From a virus (Duplodnaviria > Caudoviricetes), in IMG/VR virus record IMGVR_UViG_3300011444_000143, positions 1 to 25,147 of that record: a stretch of DNA of 25,147 bases; one strand, given 5' to 3'. Numbering within the stretch: the stretch's first letter is position 1; each line of letters opens with the position of its first letter. The position numbers were made by a program, and so were the translations under genes. This document shows, piece after piece, positions 15,903-25,074 of the stretch. A model generated the notes under the pieces. It searched no databases, had not been told where the DNA came from, and saw only the letters and a list, made by a program, of their open reading frames with translations.

Positions 15903-16142
15903 ATGTTGGTGCTCAGTAGAAAAATCGGCGAACGACTTGTGATCGGATCAAACATCATCCTCACGATCAATCGCGTGGCTGGCAACCGCGTGACGTTTGG
16001 AATTGAAGCTCCGCCAAAGGTTTCGATTAAACGTGGCGAATTAGTGGAGGTGAGTAAAGGCGATGCCATACGACCCATACGGATTTGCAGCGACGGAACA
16101 ACGCCACCTGTCGTTTCAGAGGCAGCAGAGGCGGGAAGTTGA
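15903..16142 (+). CDS. csrA: Carbon storage regulator CsrA/RsmA homologue
   Basis: MLVLSRKIGERLVIGSNIILTI...RVTFGIEAPPKVSIKRGEL, with the RNA-binding Arg retained; GGAGG RBS. Confidence 0.93.
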   Translation: MLVLSRKIGERLVIGSNIILTINRVAGNRVTFGIEAPPKVSIKRGELVEVSKGDAIRPIRICSDGTTPPVVSEAAEAGS

Positions 16143-16167
16143 ACAGCGGGCTTGTCCGCCAGTGGTG

Positions 16168-16323
16168 ATGAAAACTGAAATTTACATCGTCGAATTCCGT
16201 CATCCGTATTTCGGCTGGCTGGACTACGAACGCGAATTCCAGAGCCGAGAGGCCGCGGAGTATTGGCGAGACGTGAGCGGCGGCAAGGCATATCCAACAA
16301 GAGTCAGAAAGGTGGGTGAGTGA
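16168..16323 (+). CDS. Small hypothetical protein (51 aa)
   Basis: MKTEIYIVEFRHPYFGW..., GGTG upstream; stop overlaps the next start. Confidence 0.5.
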   Translation: MKTEIYIVEFRHPYFGWLDYEREFQSREAAEYWRDVSGGKAYPTRVRKVGE

Positions 16324-17099
16324 TGTTGATCTGGGACATCGAAACTGGCGGATTAGATGAGAAGGTACTCGCGGCACTCTGCCCCGCATTTGAATCTCCT
16401 CCGCACCCCGGAGAATTCAATCCTGCCGCGGTGAAGTACGGCAACACTAAGGACGAGGCGAAGCGAGCCGTCATATTGGCGGAAGCTCGCGACAGGCACA
16501 CCGCACTGTCGGCAAACCACGAATCAATCTGCAAGGAAGGTGCTGAACAACACTTCGCCGACTTCAAATCCAAGGCCGCCCTAGACGCCACTACGGGCCG
16601 CGTCGTCGCGATTGGCTATCAAGCTGCCGACAGCGGCAAGGTAGCGATCAGCGACGGCAAAGGCGACGAAGCAACCATCCTGGCGGAATTTTGGGGCAAG
16701 TATCAGAAGTGCCGTCAGCAAGCAGGCTCACCGCGAAAGATGGTCGGCAGCAACATCTTTGGCTTCGATCTGCCGTTTTTGATTCGGCGTTCGTGGATGA
16801 ACGGCGTCGATGTTCCCGCCAGCGTTGTGGTGAACCGCCGTTACTTCGATCAACTGTTCGTCGATCTCCGTGAAGTGTGGTTGCTCGGCCAACGGTGGGG
16901 GGATTGCGGTAGCTCGCTCGACACGATGGCCAGAGCGTTGGGGGTGGGCGAGAAGCGGGATGGCGTGAATGGCGTGAAGGGAACGGACTTCGCGAGATTG
17001 TGGAATGGGACTGCGGAGGAGCGGGCGTTGGCTGTCGCGTATTTGAAAAACGATCTGGAATTAACCGCTGGTGTCGCTAAGCGGCTCGGCGTTGTGTGA
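16320..17099 (+). CDS. 3'-5' exonuclease (DnaQ-like/PolB-exo type, RNase H fold)
   Basis: ExoI WDIET, ExoII GSNIFGFDLPFL and ExoIII YLKND motifs. Confidence 0.85.
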   Translation: MMLIWDIETGGLDEKVLAALCPAFESPPHPGEFNPAAVKYGNTKDEAKRAVILAEARDRHTALSANHESICKEGAEQHFADFKSKAALDATTGRVVAIGYQAADSGKVAISDGKGDEATILAEFWGKYQKCRQQAGSPRKMVGSNIFGFDLPFLIRRSWMNGVDVPASVVVNRRYFDQLFVDLREVWLLGQRWGDCGSSLDTMARALGVGEKRDGVNGVKGTDFARLWNGTAEERALAVAYLKNDLELTAGVAKRLGVV

Positions 17100-17299
17100 A
17101 GGAAAAACGGCGTCACCTGCCGGCCGGTTGCAAACGGCGAAGTGGCGAGCATCCCCGTAACGCAAAGCGGGTACTGCGGCTTAGCGGCTGCGGAAGCGAC
17201 ACATGCTGACGAACCGACTCACTATCGGGGAGTGAAGTTGAGTGACACTAGGGAGAGTTACCAGCCATTTTGAACATCAAAAACGAAAGGGTTGAACTT

Positions 17300-18421
17300 A
17301 TGTCAGATGGAACTTTAACAGCGGCAGTGCCGCGAATTCACAATGCGATAGTCGAGATCATGCGGGCCGTTGGTCCCGTGGCTAAGAGCCAGAACAACAA
17401 GCAGCAGGGCTTCAACTATCGCGGCATTGATCAGGTTTATAACGCGGTGCATCCGCACTTCGCAGAGCAAGGCGTTTATTCCACGTCCACGATTCTGGAC
17501 GCAAAGCATATCGACGGAAAGAACGCGGCCGGCAAGGCGTATGTCCATGCGATCTTGCGAATGCGGTTCACGTTTTGGGCTGGCGATGGATCATCTGTCG
17601 CCACGGAAGTGATCGGCGAGGGCATCGACTACGGCGGCGACAAGGCCAGCAATAAGGCCATGTCGGTCGCCGACAAGTACGCCATTTTACAACTGCTGAA
17701 AATTCCCACGGCGATGGTCGATGCGGATGGGGTTGCGATTCCAACCGAAGAATCTGTCAATGGGAACGGCCAGGCGAAGCCAACGGAGCCGCGGAAGTCG
17801 GTCGAGGAGTTAATGAAGGAAGCAGCGGCGCAGGCGGAAGGCGACAAGGCGGACGCGAAAGAGTCTGAATTCACTACCGCCGCACATCGAACACGGATCG
17901 AGCAGCTATTCAGCGAACTCGGGATGACTGCGGACCAACAGACGAAGGCTATCGCCAAGAGGAATGCCAGCACACTTCGCGACATGAAATCCACTGCCGC
18001 TGTCGAACTAATTAGCACTCTTGAATTGCGGCTCGCGTCTTACAAGGAAAAACGCGAAGCCAAAATGGAGTTGCCTCTACCCGGCAGCAGTCCAGGCGGC
18101 GCAACGTGCGGGCCATGCGTGCAATCGCAGAAGGACGCCATCAATAAGGCGTTCGAAGAGTGGGCTCAAGTCGATAAGGAAGCCTGCGACAAGGCCATCA
18201 TTGAATACAAAAAGAGACTGTTCGCGGCCGGATTCAAAGGCACACTCGACATGTCTGCGAACGACGCAACTCGTATTTGTAACGCAATTAAGACGCGGAG
18301 CATGGACAGTTTTTTTCAACGCTCTCTAGAGCAGTGGCGACCACTAGAGCAGACGAATCAGAAGCCAGCGGATGCGGCAGCGAAGCAGGAGGCGGCCGAG
18401 AACGCGATCCTCAAAGCATAG
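17300..18421 (+). CDS. erf: ERF-family single-strand annealing protein with long C-terminal extension
   Basis: KSQNNKQQGFNYRGIDQVYNAVHP and GEGIDYGGDKASNKAMSVADKYAILQLLKIPT; GAAAGGG RBS. Confidence 0.85.
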   Translation: MSDGTLTAAVPRIHNAIVEIMRAVGPVAKSQNNKQQGFNYRGIDQVYNAVHPHFAEQGVYSTSTILDAKHIDGKNAAGKAYVHAILRMRFTFWAGDGSSVATEVIGEGIDYGGDKASNKAMSVADKYAILQLLKIPTAMVDADGVAIPTEESVNGNGQAKPTEPRKSVEELMKEAAAQAEGDKADAKESEFTTAAHRTRIEQLFSELGMTADQQTKAIAKRNASTLRDMKSTAAVELISTLELRLASYKEKREAKMELPLPGSSPGGATCGPCVQSQKDAINKAFEEWAQVDKEACDKAIIEYKKRLFAAGFKGTLDMSANDATRICNAIKTRSMDSFFQRSLEQWRPLEQTNQKPADAAAKQEAAENAILKA

Positions 18422-18441
18422 GCGATCATTACCGCCAGTGC

Positions 18442-18606
18442 ATGGACCGCGAAGACAACGAATCACTCGCGGAACTAATCAAAAATCATGGTCATGAGAA
18501 GGTTTGGCAAGCGTCAGTTGAGGCTCTTGGTTTTCCGCCAACGTGGGAACTGGGGCCGCAGAGTTTAGTTTCAATTTCAAGTTTTTTAGAGTTACGAAAG
18601 GGTTGA
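18442..18606 (+). CDS. Small hypothetical protein (54 aa)
   Basis: Fills the gap between erf and the SSB-like gene; weak RBS. Confidence 0.45.
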   Translation: MDREDNESLAELIKNHGHEKVWQASVEALGFPPTWELGPQSLVSISSFLELRKG

Positions 18607-18610
18607 ATTT

Positions 18611-19249
18611 ATGGCTCTCACAGTTGCAATGCCGGATACCGTCGATGGTTCTGCTGGTAATTTTCTATCGGAGCCTGGCGTGTATCACGTCGCTGTCTTG
18701 GAGGCGACGGAAACACCGACGAAACGGGATGGCAATCCGATTCAAAACGCCGCCTTCGGTGTTGACTTAGAGATTCTGGCGGGGCCGCAAGCGAAGAAAC
18801 AGAAGGATGTTGTTTTCTTCAATGCGGACACGGATAAGCCGAAGGATGACAAGGGCTATCAAATGGACCTGCGAAAGATTCGCCGGTTCTTTGAGGCGGT
18901 CTGCGTCGCGCCGGAACGCCAGCCGGGAGGAACTGAGTACACCGTCGATGTTGAGAAGGCACGCGGCCGGCAGTTGATCATTCAATTCGAGCGCAGCACG
19001 CAAGCTGGCAAAGAGAAGAATTTGCAGGTTCACTACGCCAATATCTGGCACGTCGATGATCCCGATCCGGCCGCGAAGTGCGAGCGGAATCAAGACGCCT
19101 TGAAGTTGTTACCTGCCGCACTGCGCCGCAAGCCAGAATCGTTTAAGCCGGCAGAGAAGAATACGAACGGCAACGGGAATGGTTCGGCTGGCAAGTCGCA
19201 ACAGTCAGCAGCACCAGCCAGCACCGGAGTTGATCTCGACGACGTTTGA
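18611..19249 (+). CDS. Putative phage ssDNA-binding protein (DUF669-like)
   Basis: EPGVYHVAVLEA...DLEILAG pattern, low-complexity linker and acidic tail DLDDV; downstream of the recombinase. Confidence 0.65.
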   Translation: MALTVAMPDTVDGSAGNFLSEPGVYHVAVLEATETPTKRDGNPIQNAAFGVDLEILAGPQAKKQKDVVFFNADTDKPKDDKGYQMDLRKIRRFFEAVCVAPERQPGGTEYTVDVEKARGRQLIIQFERSTQAGKEKNLQVHYANIWHVDDPDPAAKCERNQDALKLLPAALRRKPESFKPAEKNTNGNGNGSAGKSQQSAAPASTGVDLDDV

Positions 19250-19294
19250 TCATTTAAAAATTGATCTGGACGGTTATTCACGTCCGGTCAACCG

Positions 19295-19340
19295 CCTGTC
19301 CGGTGGTTTACTAACCCTTTCCGCCGGACAGGTTTTTCTT
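19295..19340 (+). terminator. Rho-independent terminator
   Basis: 12-bp stem CCTGTCCGGTGG/CCGCCGGACAGG, 14-nt loop, followed by TTTTTCTT. Confidence 0.75.
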
Positions 19341-19366
19341 ATCTCTCTTAGTGTGGAGCGCAAGTC

Positions 19367-19654
19367 GTGGACGATCAATTGCATCGCGATCAGCCATTGG
19401 ATGGAAAGTTTCATGGGCGAGTTTTTCGCAACCGCGACAACAAAGAGGAGGACGTTTTCGTTGTCTTCGTTCCGCGCGATCGGCATCTGATTGAAGTTCT
19501 GCACCATTACTACGCACTGTGTGAATCCGACCCGAACATCGGCATAGAACAACTCGACGCCATTCAGCGATTGATTGAGCGAGTAGCGGTCTGGCAAGAG
19601 GAAAACGCAGACAAGATCAAGACACCAGACGCCTTGCCCGGCGAATGCAAGTAG
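19367..19654 (+). CDS. Hypothetical protein (95 aa)
   Basis: GGAG RBS plus GTG; FVVFVPRDRHLIEVLHHY; fills the gap before the helicase. Confidence 0.65.
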   Translation: MDDQLHRDQPLDGKFHGRVFRNRDNKEEDVFVVFVPRDRHLIEVLHHYYALCESDPNIGIEQLDAIQRLIERVAVWQEENADKIKTPDALPGECK

Positions 19655-19665
19655 GAAAGATCACA

Positions 19666-22020
19666 GTGCCTCCCAAGACTGAAGAAATCGTCGCAACCTT
19701 CCTGGCGGAAAAACACCGCTTCGCGAACGCAGACGGAGACGTGGCAATCATCACGGCGTGGTGCAACTCGTCGATCAATGACGAAATATCAATCAAGGTT
19801 CAGTGCGACCACGACGAGCTAAAACGCGGTCAGACTTACACCTTTCACGGTGAGTGGACGAAGTACAAAAACCGCCGCACCAAGCAATCCGAAGATCAGT
19901 TCGTCGCCTCATCGTTCGCAATGCAAGTTCCAGTCTCCCGCGAGGCGGTAATCAAATATATTGCCGATGCCGGCGCAGGTCACGGCGTTTCAATTCGCTC
20001 GGCAACCTACCTCTGGGAGGCGTTCAAAGAGAACGCGGTGAAGAAGGTCCGCCAGGAGCCGGAGGAAGCGGCCGGATTTCTGCGGCTGAGAGGCATTCAC
20101 GTATCCGACACCGATGTAAAACAAATCGCCGAAACGCTCATCCGCCAGGAGGCGACTGAGAATTGCTTGATTCGCGTGAGTGGTTTGCTGGCCGGTTACA
20201 AATTCCGCAAGACGCTGGCCAAGCAAGTTGTCCGTGATATCGGGGCGACGGCCGCCGAAGACATTGCCGCCAATCCTTTTATCCTGCTGCCCTACTCTGG
20301 CTGTGGCTTTCGCAAATGCGATGCAATGTGGATGGGGCTCAAACTCCCGGCCGCGTCGATTGAGCGACAGGCCTATTGTGCTTGGGACGCAATCAACCGC
20401 GATCGAAACGGCAGTACGTGGATTCCCCGCACCGTGGCGGAATGTGCCATCGCCGAGAAGATTGGCAGTGCGGAACTGAAAAAAGACGAAGCGATCGCAC
20501 TGGCGATCGAAAAAGGGATGCTGGTTGAGTGCAAAACCCGCGGCGTTACTGGCCCGATTGCCGACGACGGAAATATCTCTTGGCTGGCTTTGAAGTCGAG
20601 CCACGAAGATGAGATTGAACTTGCCAGGATGTTGGTCGATGCGATGACTGAGCCGCACTGCTGGCCGGATGTTTCGACCATTGAGAACATTGACGGCGAA
20701 CAGCCGCAACAGCTATCGCTCGCCCTTCGTGGCTCGGTGGCGATTCTAGTGGGCAGGCCGGGGACGGGGAAAACCTTCGTTGCCGCTAATCTCATCCGCA
20801 GACTGCTGGAAGTGTTTGGGTTTGGCAATGTTGGTATTGGGGCACCGACGAACGCCGCGGCACGCCGCCTCAGTACGGTTATGGAACTGAATAGGGTTTC
20901 CGCCAGGGCGAGGACAAATCACAGCTTGCTCGGAAGGCCCGACGTAAAAGGCCAAAAGTGGCATCACAACGAATCCCGGCCATTCCCATTCAAGGTGCTG
21001 GTTTTCGACGAAGAGAGCATGAAAGACCCGTCAATCGCGTGTTCGATTTTCCGCGCGAGGGCTAAGGGAACGATGGTGCTCATGCTTGGCGACACGTGCC
21101 AACTCCCTTCCGTGGATCGCGGGGCGTGGTTGTTTAATCTGATTCAGGCCGGGCTACCTCACGGTGAGTTAAAAGAGATTCGACGCAACAGCGGTGGGAT
21201 CGTTGAAGCTTGTGCTGCCATCGCCGAAGGTCGCGAGTTTAAGCCGGGCGACAACCTACAAGTGATCGAGGTTGACGGGGAAAATGAGCAAACCGAAGCC
21301 GTCGTCCGCTCACTTCATGAATGCAAATCGACGGGCCTCGATCCTGTTTGGGATTCCCGCGTCATCACCGCAAAGAACATTACCCGGCATCATTTTAATA
21401 AGGTGCTGCAAGGCGAATTCAATCCCAATCCGGCCATTGAAGGATGTGCGTTTCGCATCGGCGACAAAGTAATTCACCGCGAAACCGGCAAAGACTACAA
21501 GATCGTATCCGTGGATCGTGGCGACGAGGATGTTGAGCTTAACGAGTCTGGAGACTCTTGCCGCGTCACGAATGGCGAGCTTGGGGAAGTTCTCGAAATC
21601 CTCCCATACAACAACGGCCAGGCCGGGCGACTCACGATCAAGATGCTGGACCCGACGCGAGTGATTCACGTTCCGCTCGGCAAGTTCATCGAAACGAAAG
21701 ATGACGGCGACGACGAAGAGGACGGCCGGAAAACGAATACCGGCTGTGCTTTTGATCTGGCCTACTGCGTCACATTCCATTCGAGCCAGGGCAGTGAATT
21801 CCCTTGGGCGATCTGCGTGGCCAGCACTCGCGACGTCCGCATGGGCTACCGCGAATTGCCATACACCGGATTCAGCCGCGCCAAAATGCAGTGCGTGGCG
21901 ATTGGAACGATGGCCGTTTGGAATCGGTTTTGCAAACGGGTGGCATTGAAAGAGCGGAAGACGTTTTTGCGTGAACGGATTTTGATTGAGCAGGCGAAGA
22001 GGGAGCTTGAGTTGTTATGA
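19666..22020 (+). CDS. recD2: RecD2/TraA-like SF1B DNA helicase
   Basis: GRPGTGKT, VFDEESM, GDTCQLPSV, AYCVTFHSSQGSEF and YTGFSRAK motifs, with an N-terminal RecD2-type region (IAANPF..GCGFRKCD). Start is GTG 19666 or ATG 19645. Confidence 0.9.
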   Translation: MPPKTEEIVATFLAEKHRFANADGDVAIITAWCNSSINDEISIKVQCDHDELKRGQTYTFHGEWTKYKNRRTKQSEDQFVASSFAMQVPVSREAVIKYIADAGAGHGVSIRSATYLWEAFKENAVKKVRQEPEEAAGFLRLRGIHVSDTDVKQIAETLIRQEATENCLIRVSGLLAGYKFRKTLAKQVVRDIGATAAEDIAANPFILLPYSGCGFRKCDAMWMGLKLPAASIERQAYCAWDAINRDRNGSTWIPRTVAECAIAEKIGSAELKKDEAIALAIEKGMLVECKTRGVTGPIADDGNISWLALKSSHEDEIELARMLVDAMTEPHCWPDVSTIENIDGEQPQQLSLALRGSVAILVGRPGTGKTFVAANLIRRLLEVFGFGNVGIGAPTNAAARRLSTVMELNRVSARARTNHSLLGRPDVKGQKWHHNESRPFPFKVLVFDEESMKDPSIACSIFRARAKGTMVLMLGDTCQLPSVDRGAWLFNLIQAGLPHGELKEIRRNSGGIVEACAAIAEGREFKPGDNLQVIEVDGENEQTEAVVRSLHECKSTGLDPVWDSRVITAKNITRHHFNKVLQGEFNPNPAIEGCAFRIGDKVIHRETGKDYKIVSVDRGDEDVELNESGDSCRVTNGELGEVLEILPYNNGQAGRLTIKMLDPTRVIHVPLGKFIETKDDGDDEEDGRKTNTGCAFDLAYCVTFHSSQGSEFPWAICVASTRDVRMGYRELPYTGFSRAKMQCVAIGTMAVWNRFCKRVALKERKTFLRERILIEQAKRELELL

Positions 22021-22280
22021 GCAAAAAGACACGGAAGCCGGATGCGATCCAGGCAATTGCACAAACACTCAGCAAGGCATTGCGAAAGAAACCTTTCCGA
22101 AAGTTCACACTCAATCAACCAATCACCGTCCCCTCCCACGTCCACCCGTCCTGCAAAGGTCAAATTGTCGGCATCGGAATCAAAAACAAAGGGACCATCA
22201 ACATCTACTACCTGCTGTTCAATGAAGGCGGCAGGACGTGGGAAGCCACGGAGGAGGAGTTAATCGCATGGCAGCAATAA
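22017..22280 (+). CDS. Hypothetical protein (87 aa)
   Basis: ATGA-coupled to the helicase; small beta-rich domain. Confidence 0.6.
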   Translation: MSKKTRKPDAIQAIAQTLSKALRKKPFRKFTLNQPITVPSHVHPSCKGQIVGIGIKNKGTINIYYLLFNEGGRTWEATEEELIAWQQ

Positions 22281-22519
22281 CATCACCAGCAACACCACCA
22301 ACCACCCACCTAAAAACCTACCGCTTCGCCATCCACGTCCGCGTGCGAATTCGGCTGTGCTCAAACCACTGCCGGCTGTGTCGCAACGGCCAGCACGAAA
22401 TGACTGAACCGCTAGACGCGGAACGGCTTGGTTATCGCCGCGTGAGGATCACACAGCCGGATGACGTTTGGTTTGGGGCGGAGTTGTGTGATAGCGATTA
22501 TGTGATTGAGGGGGCGTAG
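22268..22519 (+). CDS. Hypothetical protein (83 aa, CxxHCxxC)
   Basis: GGAGGAG RBS before ATG 22268; ends 2 nt before the next gene. Confidence 0.55.
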   Translation: MAAITSPATPPTTHLKTYRFAIHVRVRIRLCSNHCRLCRNGQHEMTEPLDAERLGYRRVRITQPDDVWFGAELCDSDYVIEGA

Positions 22520-22521
22520 CC

Positions 22522-23883
22522 GTGATTGCCAACTACAAAAACTTTCTCGAATCGAAAACGCAAGTCGGCTCGTCTGGTGGATTCTCACCGCTGTGGATGC
22601 CCGACGCCGCGTTTCCATTCCAACAGTCATTGGCCGACTGGGCGATTCGCAAGGGCCGCGGAGCATTGTTCGCCGATTGCGGGCTCGGGAAAACTTTAAT
22701 GGAGTTGACCTGGGCGGAGAACGTAGTCCGCAAAACAAACCGTCCGGTCCTGCTACTCACACCCCTGGCGGTATCTCACCAAACATGCCGGGAGGCTGAG
22801 AAGTTCGGCATCGAATGCACGCGATCAAATCTCGGTGTGTTCAAATCGAAAATCGTCACGACGAATTATGAACGACTGCAACACTTCAATCCCGGCGATT
22901 TCGCGGGCGTGATCTGCGACGAATCATCGGCACTGAAAAACGCCTCTGGGAAGACTCGGCTGGCCGTCACTGAATTCATGCGGACGGTTCCGTATCGTCT
23001 GCTAGGGACCGCCACGGCCGCCCCCAACGACTTCGTGGAACTCGGCACATCTTCCGAAGCATTAGGCGAACTTGGCTATGCCGACATGATCACACGTTTC
23101 TTCAAAGAGGAAACAATCAAAGATTATCTCGGATGGGGACGGAAGATGTACAAGTTTCGCGGTCACGCGGAGCAACCATTCTGGCGATGGGTTTGCTCGT
23201 GGGCTCGCTCGTGCCGCAAGCCGTCCGACATTGGATTTTCCAACGTTGGTTTTGAATTGCCGCCGCTGGTCGAAAAAGAGCATCTAGTCGAAAACTCAAC
23301 CGCTCGGCCGGGGATGCTGTTTTCGACTCCCGCCCGCAACTTACATGAGCAACGAGAAGAACGCCGCATCACGATCAAAGAGCGGTGCGAGGCCGCTGCT
23401 CAATATGCAGAGGCCCATAACGGGGCGTCAGTGCTGTGGTGTCACTTGAATGCGGAGGGTGATTTGCTGGCGGAATGCGTGAAGGATTGCGAACAAGTTT
23501 CCGGCACCATGAGCGACGAATCGAAGGAAGAGAAGCTTGTCGCGTTTCAGAACGGCCAGATTAAGCGGCTCGTTATCAAGCCAAAAATCGGTTGCTTCGG
23601 TTTGAACTGGCAACACTGCCATAACGTAATCACGTTCCCGTCGCACTCGTTTGAGCAGTACTACCAAGCTGTTCGCCGCTGCTGGCGGTTCGGCCAAAAG
23701 CATTCCGTCAACGTGACGATTGTGACGACGGAAGGCGAGCAAGGCGTGCTGAACAACTTGCAACGCAAAGCCGCTCAATCTGAGGCGATGTTCAAGCAAC
23801 TATCCCAAAACATGCTCGGGGCGATTGCGATCGACGACGGATGGAAGTTCGTGCTACGGGAAAGGAAACCAAAATGGCTGTGA
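22522..23883 (+). CDS. SF2 (SNF2-like) helicase
   Basis: FADCGLGKT, ICDESS, TATAAPND, FGLNWQ and QAVRRCWRFGQ motifs. Confidence 0.9.
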   Translation: MIANYKNFLESKTQVGSSGGFSPLWMPDAAFPFQQSLADWAIRKGRGALFADCGLGKTLMELTWAENVVRKTNRPVLLLTPLAVSHQTCREAEKFGIECTRSNLGVFKSKIVTTNYERLQHFNPGDFAGVICDESSALKNASGKTRLAVTEFMRTVPYRLLGTATAAPNDFVELGTSSEALGELGYADMITRFFKEETIKDYLGWGRKMYKFRGHAEQPFWRWVCSWARSCRKPSDIGFSNVGFELPPLVEKEHLVENSTARPGMLFSTPARNLHEQREERRITIKERCEAAAQYAEAHNGASVLWCHLNAEGDLLAECVKDCEQVSGTMSDESKEEKLVAFQNGQIKRLVIKPKIGCFGLNWQHCHNVITFPSHSFEQYYQAVRRCWRFGQKHSVNVTIVTTEGEQGVLNNLQRKAAQSEAMFKQLSQNMLGAIAIDDGWKFVLRERKPKWL

Positions 23884-25058
23884 TTTCGCAGGAAGTAAAC
23901 GACAACTACGCCCTATACAACGGTGATTCATGTGAGGTTTTGCCGTCGCTGCCGAGTGAGTCGATCCATTTATCGATCTACTCTCCGCCGTTCGCAACGG
24001 ACGGCGGAGGCTGTTTATACCGCTACACATCGTCCCCTCGCGATCTGTCCAACTGTCGCAGCTACGGCGAATTCTTCGATCACTATGAATTCATCGTTTC
24101 CCAAATCGCTCGCCTCACAATCCCTGGCCGAATTTCCGCTGTGCATTGCATGGACGTTCCGTCAAAGGGGGCGAACATCGCGGCCTATATCGACTTCCCA
24201 GGCGACATCATTCGGCTTTACGAGAAGCACGGATTTGAATACCTGCCCCGGATTTGCATTTGGAAAGAGCCGCTGGCCGTCCGCAATCGAACGATGAGCA
24301 AGGCACTGGCTCATCGGCAGATCGTGGAAGACTCGACACGTACTAACGTCGCGGCCAGTGACTATCTGATTCCATTCCGAAAGAATGGAGTCAACCCAAC
24401 GCCAGTTGTGCATCCAGTCGGGCTTCTCGAATACGCCGGTAGTCGCGAAATGCCGAACGAGCTTCGCGGCTACAAGGGCTGGGAAGGCAAGCAAACTGAG
24501 AACCGATTCAGTCATTGGATCTGGCGGAACTATGCGAGCAGTTTTTGGGATGACATTCGCCTAGATGAAGTCCTGCCATATGAGGAGGCACGCGATGCAG
24601 ACGACGAACGCCATTGCCACCCCCTTCAATTAGATGTGATCGAACGAGCTTGCGTGCTGTGGTCAAACCCAGGTGAGAATGTGTTGACCCCGTTCATGGG
24701 CGTTGGCAGTGAAGTCTATGGAGCCGTGAAGAATGGCCGCCGCGGCGTGGGGATCGAGCTGAAGCCGTCGTATTACCGCCAGGCTGTGCGGAACGTGGCG
24801 ACCGCATTGGAAGTTCGCAAGGTCGAGCAGATGCCGTTGTTGGCGTCGATCGATGATAGCCAGGTGAGTAGTGAGCAGCCACCGCCTGACCATCGGCCGC
24901 AAACCGGAACAAACCTCCCCTGCGGCCATCCAAACACCGACGCGAATTGGTCGAACAACTACGGCTGCATCATGTGTGATTGCGGGGCGAAGCCAGTGCC
25001 GTGTGAGTTATTAGCCACCGCCAGCACCACCACCGACAGCAGTTTGGATGACATTTAA
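23874..25058 (+). CDS. DNA methyltransferase (N4-C/N6-A, beta-class motif order) with a C-terminal Cys/His extension
   Basis: GDSCEVL, catalytic SPPF, HCHP and SAM-binding TPFMGVGSE...GIELK motifs; AAGGA RBS. Confidence 0.9.
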   Translation: MAVISQEVNDNYALYNGDSCEVLPSLPSESIHLSIYSPPFATDGGGCLYRYTSSPRDLSNCRSYGEFFDHYEFIVSQIARLTIPGRISAVHCMDVPSKGANIAAYIDFPGDIIRLYEKHGFEYLPRICIWKEPLAVRNRTMSKALAHRQIVEDSTRTNVAASDYLIPFRKNGVNPTPVVHPVGLLEYAGSREMPNELRGYKGWEGKQTENRFSHWIWRNYASSFWDDIRLDEVLPYEEARDADDERHCHPLQLDVIERACVLWSNPGENVLTPFMGVGSEVYGAVKNGRRGVGIELKPSYYRQAVRNVATALEVRKVEQMPLLASIDDSQVSSEQPPPDHRPQTGTNLPCGHPNTDANWSNNYGCIMCDCGAKPVPCELLATASTTTDSSLDDI

Positions 25059-25074
25059 CGAAGGGAGTTGGGTA

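Noticed and set aside
17125-17266. Confident c-di-GMP-I riboswitch call
   Set aside because: Only scattered words match; P2 tetraloop and P3 length are inconsistent. Kept only as an unexplained structured gap.
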